DNA of 55,286 nucleotides from Trichoplax sp. H2 (Eukaryota): NCBI GenBank assembly GCA_003344405.1, contig NOWV01000307.1, positions 1 to 55,286 of the forward strand, read 5' to 3'. Shown piece by piece: positions 52,067 to 55,286 of this stretch (position 1 is its first letter; each line of letters starts with the position of its first letter). The notes under the pieces were generated by a model. It saw only the letters and a program-made list of their open reading frames with translations, ran no database searches and was not told where the DNA came from. The position numbers and the translations under genes were made by a program.

Positions 52067-52625
52067 ATGAATTTCAAATTGGTCTTGATTGCTTGTTTGT
52101 TGTTCGTCGCCACGGCTTATGCCGCGGAAAACGATGAAATCCCAGAGGAGATTGAAAAAGAATTAGCGGATATTGAGCATCCCATTGAAGATCGCGAAGA
52201 TGAAGAAAACGAAATCCTAGCAAAAGAAGCTGAACTTGAAAATCTGAAAGAAGATGACATGAAAGAAAATGCAGTCAAAGCAGCGGTAAACATCTTAAAA
52301 TTAACTCTACCTATTCGGACACAGTACATTATTGATTATTAGATTTGATAAACTACAAGATGAAAATTATTTGTTACTTACTAAGTTACTGATAAAATAC
52401 GATCGTTTACACGCTGTTTAAACCCATTTAGAAGAATTTAAACTGTTAATTTTCAATTTTTTAACAAATTTGAATAAGATTAGTAAAGGTTCTTAATGAA
52501 AATTTTTTCCTTTCATTTGATTTGCTGATTAGTGGTGGAGAAGACGTCGACGCCGTAGACGAAGAATTTTCCTTACCCGACGTTCGTGGTGGAACCAGCG
52601 TGTTCCAGGATATTACGGCCGTTAA
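52067..52625 (+). CDS. Secreted prepropeptide C (103 aa): signal peptide, acidic propiece, WW(R)9IFLTRRSWWNQRVPGYY-GR
   Basis: Exon 52067-52285, phase-0 GT-AG intron, exon 52533-52625 ending TAA. Same structure as copy A. Confidence 0.88.
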
Positions 52626-55013
52626 TCGGAAGTGATGAAACAATGCTACTCTAATCTTATAATGATGCGGGAGTTCACGTATTGAACTTTTAATGCTGTT
52701 AATGGTTACTAGAATTAAATTGTTCCATTGTAGAGCACCATTTTCATTATAGTTTTCAGTGTTAGCAATACATATAGAGAGATTAATAAATTGCATATTC
52801 TCAAAACAACCGGCGTATATATTAATTCATGAACTAACATGATTATGTGATACAGTAAAATCGTAAAGGTAATATAGACGCATGATTTAGGATAAGATAA
52901 TGCCTATGGATAAATAGCTACGCATGAAGGATTATTTTAAGGTCTATTCTGCTAGTGTGACCTGTGTAGTGAATAAATGATATTAGCTATCATATTCATT
53001 ATTGCCCAAAAAATGAATGAAGTTTTAATGGTAAACAAAGATCAGATAGGAAATAATAGTAGGCGTGAATAAAATGAAATAATTATCAGAAAGGGCTCGT
53101 TAATAATAAATAGTGTTGCATGCAATTGGTAGTTCCTCGGATATAAGCTTACCTGGCAGTGTACCACCAGAACTACCCCGTCATTAGCTTTATATGTGTT
53201 ATTTATATCTATGACGATTCATTGGAGGAAGTTAAAAACGATTCATAGTTGATAAATATGACTAAAAATAAAATTACTGTAGTTTAGACAATAGGATTGT
53301 GTATTAGAGAATGAATGTAAATAGGATTCTTTAATGACGTCCATAGAATTATGCACAAAGTTATTTATTATTTTACCCGTATGCGGAAGATAAATAACAA
53401 CTTGTTGATGATTTCTTAAATCCTTACGGTATAATTATTATATTTTTTGTAGAAATGATACCGTATCTACCAGATATAGCATACCATAATAGGCGTATAT
53501 TGCTAAAAGCAAGAGGTAGAAGGAAACTAAAGTTAACTAACAGTACTGCAATTAAACCTTAAAACTTTCTACAATAGACGCTTTGCAATTACTAGGGTAG
53601 AATTAGCTACTATGGTGTTGTTTAGCTAAGAATCACCTTGTCCTTGTATGCTGTAGCATCAAAGTTAATGTTAATAGTATGTGGTTTAATTAAGATACTT
53701 ATCCTTATAATATAGTCGATATTCGTGAGATGATGAGACCTTCTAAATAGTACTAATAGAAGAAAACTAGGTCAGCAATACGATATAATTTTATGTGTAA
53801 AATTAAATAAGTGAGTCTTTGACGACAATTATAGCATATGCCAGTAATTAATTTGCAGCTTATTTAACAAGTGTTCAATAGAAGTGGAGTATTGTATAAG
53901 GTATGAATTAGAAAGGGGTGGATGTAGTCTCAGAATGAAGTTAATCTAAAATTATAGTTAGAGATGATTTATGTTTCCATTGTATATTGGAGCGTTAATG
54001 GATTCTCGAAGTGAAATTATTCCATTTGACTTAGGAACCCCATTAGATCAATCGGCATGTTTTAGCAAAACAATATCAATGCATGGTTTATTATTCAAAT
54101 GTTTCCTTTATCAAGGTCGAAATAATGGGTTACTACAATTGGAAAATCTTTTTCGTAAACGAAGAAATTTTACGGAAGACCCCTACCGTTTCAAATAGCT
54201 GATCAGATACAATAATCTATTACTGATTAAATTCAATCAGAGACTAGTCCCTTTTTTCGAGTAATCCCTGATATAACTTAATTAGATCAATCGATTTGTT
54301 TAAGCATGGGAATGGCAAGTACAGTCTATTATTTGAATCTTACCTTATTATAGACGAAATAATAGGTTACCACAATTGTAAAACCCTTCCATTAAATAAT
54401 GGAACTCCACAGTAGGCCTCTATCGGTTCAATCGACTGATCAAACACAAAGATTGATCACTTATAATAACGTATACAATTACTGGATGAATGGCTGTCAA
54501 CTTGTATTTATACCTTGAAAATTCGGTGTTAGGATCAAAATTTTTCACAATCTATTTATTGAATACAATCATAAGGTGAAGAGGGGCTACGTCAATTTAA
54601 CTTCTGTTAGTATAACAATACTACCTTACTGTCAATTATTCGCGAATCCTTATTTTAATGCCAGAAAGGCGGATAGATATAATTGTGAAATGATAAACTT
54701 TCAAAAGAGGAAATATTGTCAGTTGGCTGATTGGTTATTTTATTAGTAATCCCGCAGGGGATATCATTAACCATAGTCTATATAAAGTCCGTTGCAGGCT
54801 TGTTATCCAGTTTTCATATGCTGAAAATTTTCCAGGTAATGTCCTCCAACGATTATAACGATTTCTTCTACAAATTTTAAGATAACATTGAACATCGTTT
54901 ACGCTGACTTTAGATAAAGATACTTATAGAAATAGAGTTTAATAGATAACTACATTTGAAAATAGATGATTTCTCTTCTAAATATTTTATTTTCTTATTA
55001 ATGTAGTAAGAAA

Positions 55014-55232
55014 ATGAATTTCAAATTGGTCTTGATTGCTTGTTTGTTGTTCGTCGCCACGGCTTATGCCGCGGAAAACGATGAAATCCCAGAGGAGATT
55101 GAAAAAGAATTAGCGGATATTGAGCATCCCATTGAAGATCGCGAAGATGAAGAAAACGAAATCCTAGCAAAAGAAGCTGAACTTGAAAATCTGAAAGAAG
55201 ATGAAATGAAAGAAAACGCAGTCAAAGCAGCG
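55014..55232 (+). CDS. Secreted prepropeptide D (signal + acidic propiece exon; mature-peptide exon expected beyond the window)
   Basis: Exon nearly identical to 52067-52285 (two differences seen), TATA box at ~54779, donor GCG|GTAAAC at 55233. Confidence 0.85.
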
Positions 55233-55286
55233 GTAAACATCTTAAAATTAACTCTACCTATTCGGACACAGTACATTATTGATTAT

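Noticed and set aside
52117..55276. Ser-rich minus-strand ORFs (52117-52329, 52461-52796, 55064-55276)
   Set aside because: Antisense shadows of the Glu-rich and Arg-rich exons of the peptide genes.
6741..55286. TRPA + PARP + peptide genes as one functionally linked defence system
   Set aside because: Adjacency in an animal genome is weak evidence, housekeeping STT3B lies between them, and no shared regulatory sequence was seen.

Overview
AT-rich, intron-dense eukaryotic DNA. The gene content is animal, and the compact GT-AG introns are compatible with a placozoan such as Trichoplax (inference, not verified). All gene models below were spliced by hand. Left to right: (1) the 3' end of one TRPA-like ankyrin-repeat channel gene and a complete tandem paralogue (25 coding exons, ~1160 aa); (2) a two-exon orphan gene for a 379-aa, mostly disordered protein; (3) STT3B on the minus strand, with three different 3-unit tandem arrays around its first exon and promoter; (4) a divergent PARP1-like gene (Zn3-BRCT-degenerate WGR-HD-ART) whose catalytic Glu is replaced by Arg; (5) a 93-bp palindromic MITE-like element; (6) a tandem family of four secreted prepropeptide genes (two complete, one pseudogene, one cut by the window end). 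In that family an acidic propiece is spliced to a small exon, missed by the ORF track, encoding WW-(Arg)9-13-IFLTRRSWWNQRVP with a C-terminal Gly-Lys/Arg amidation signal. The poly-arginine peptide cluster and the PARP1-like probable pseudoenzyme are the most interesting features.
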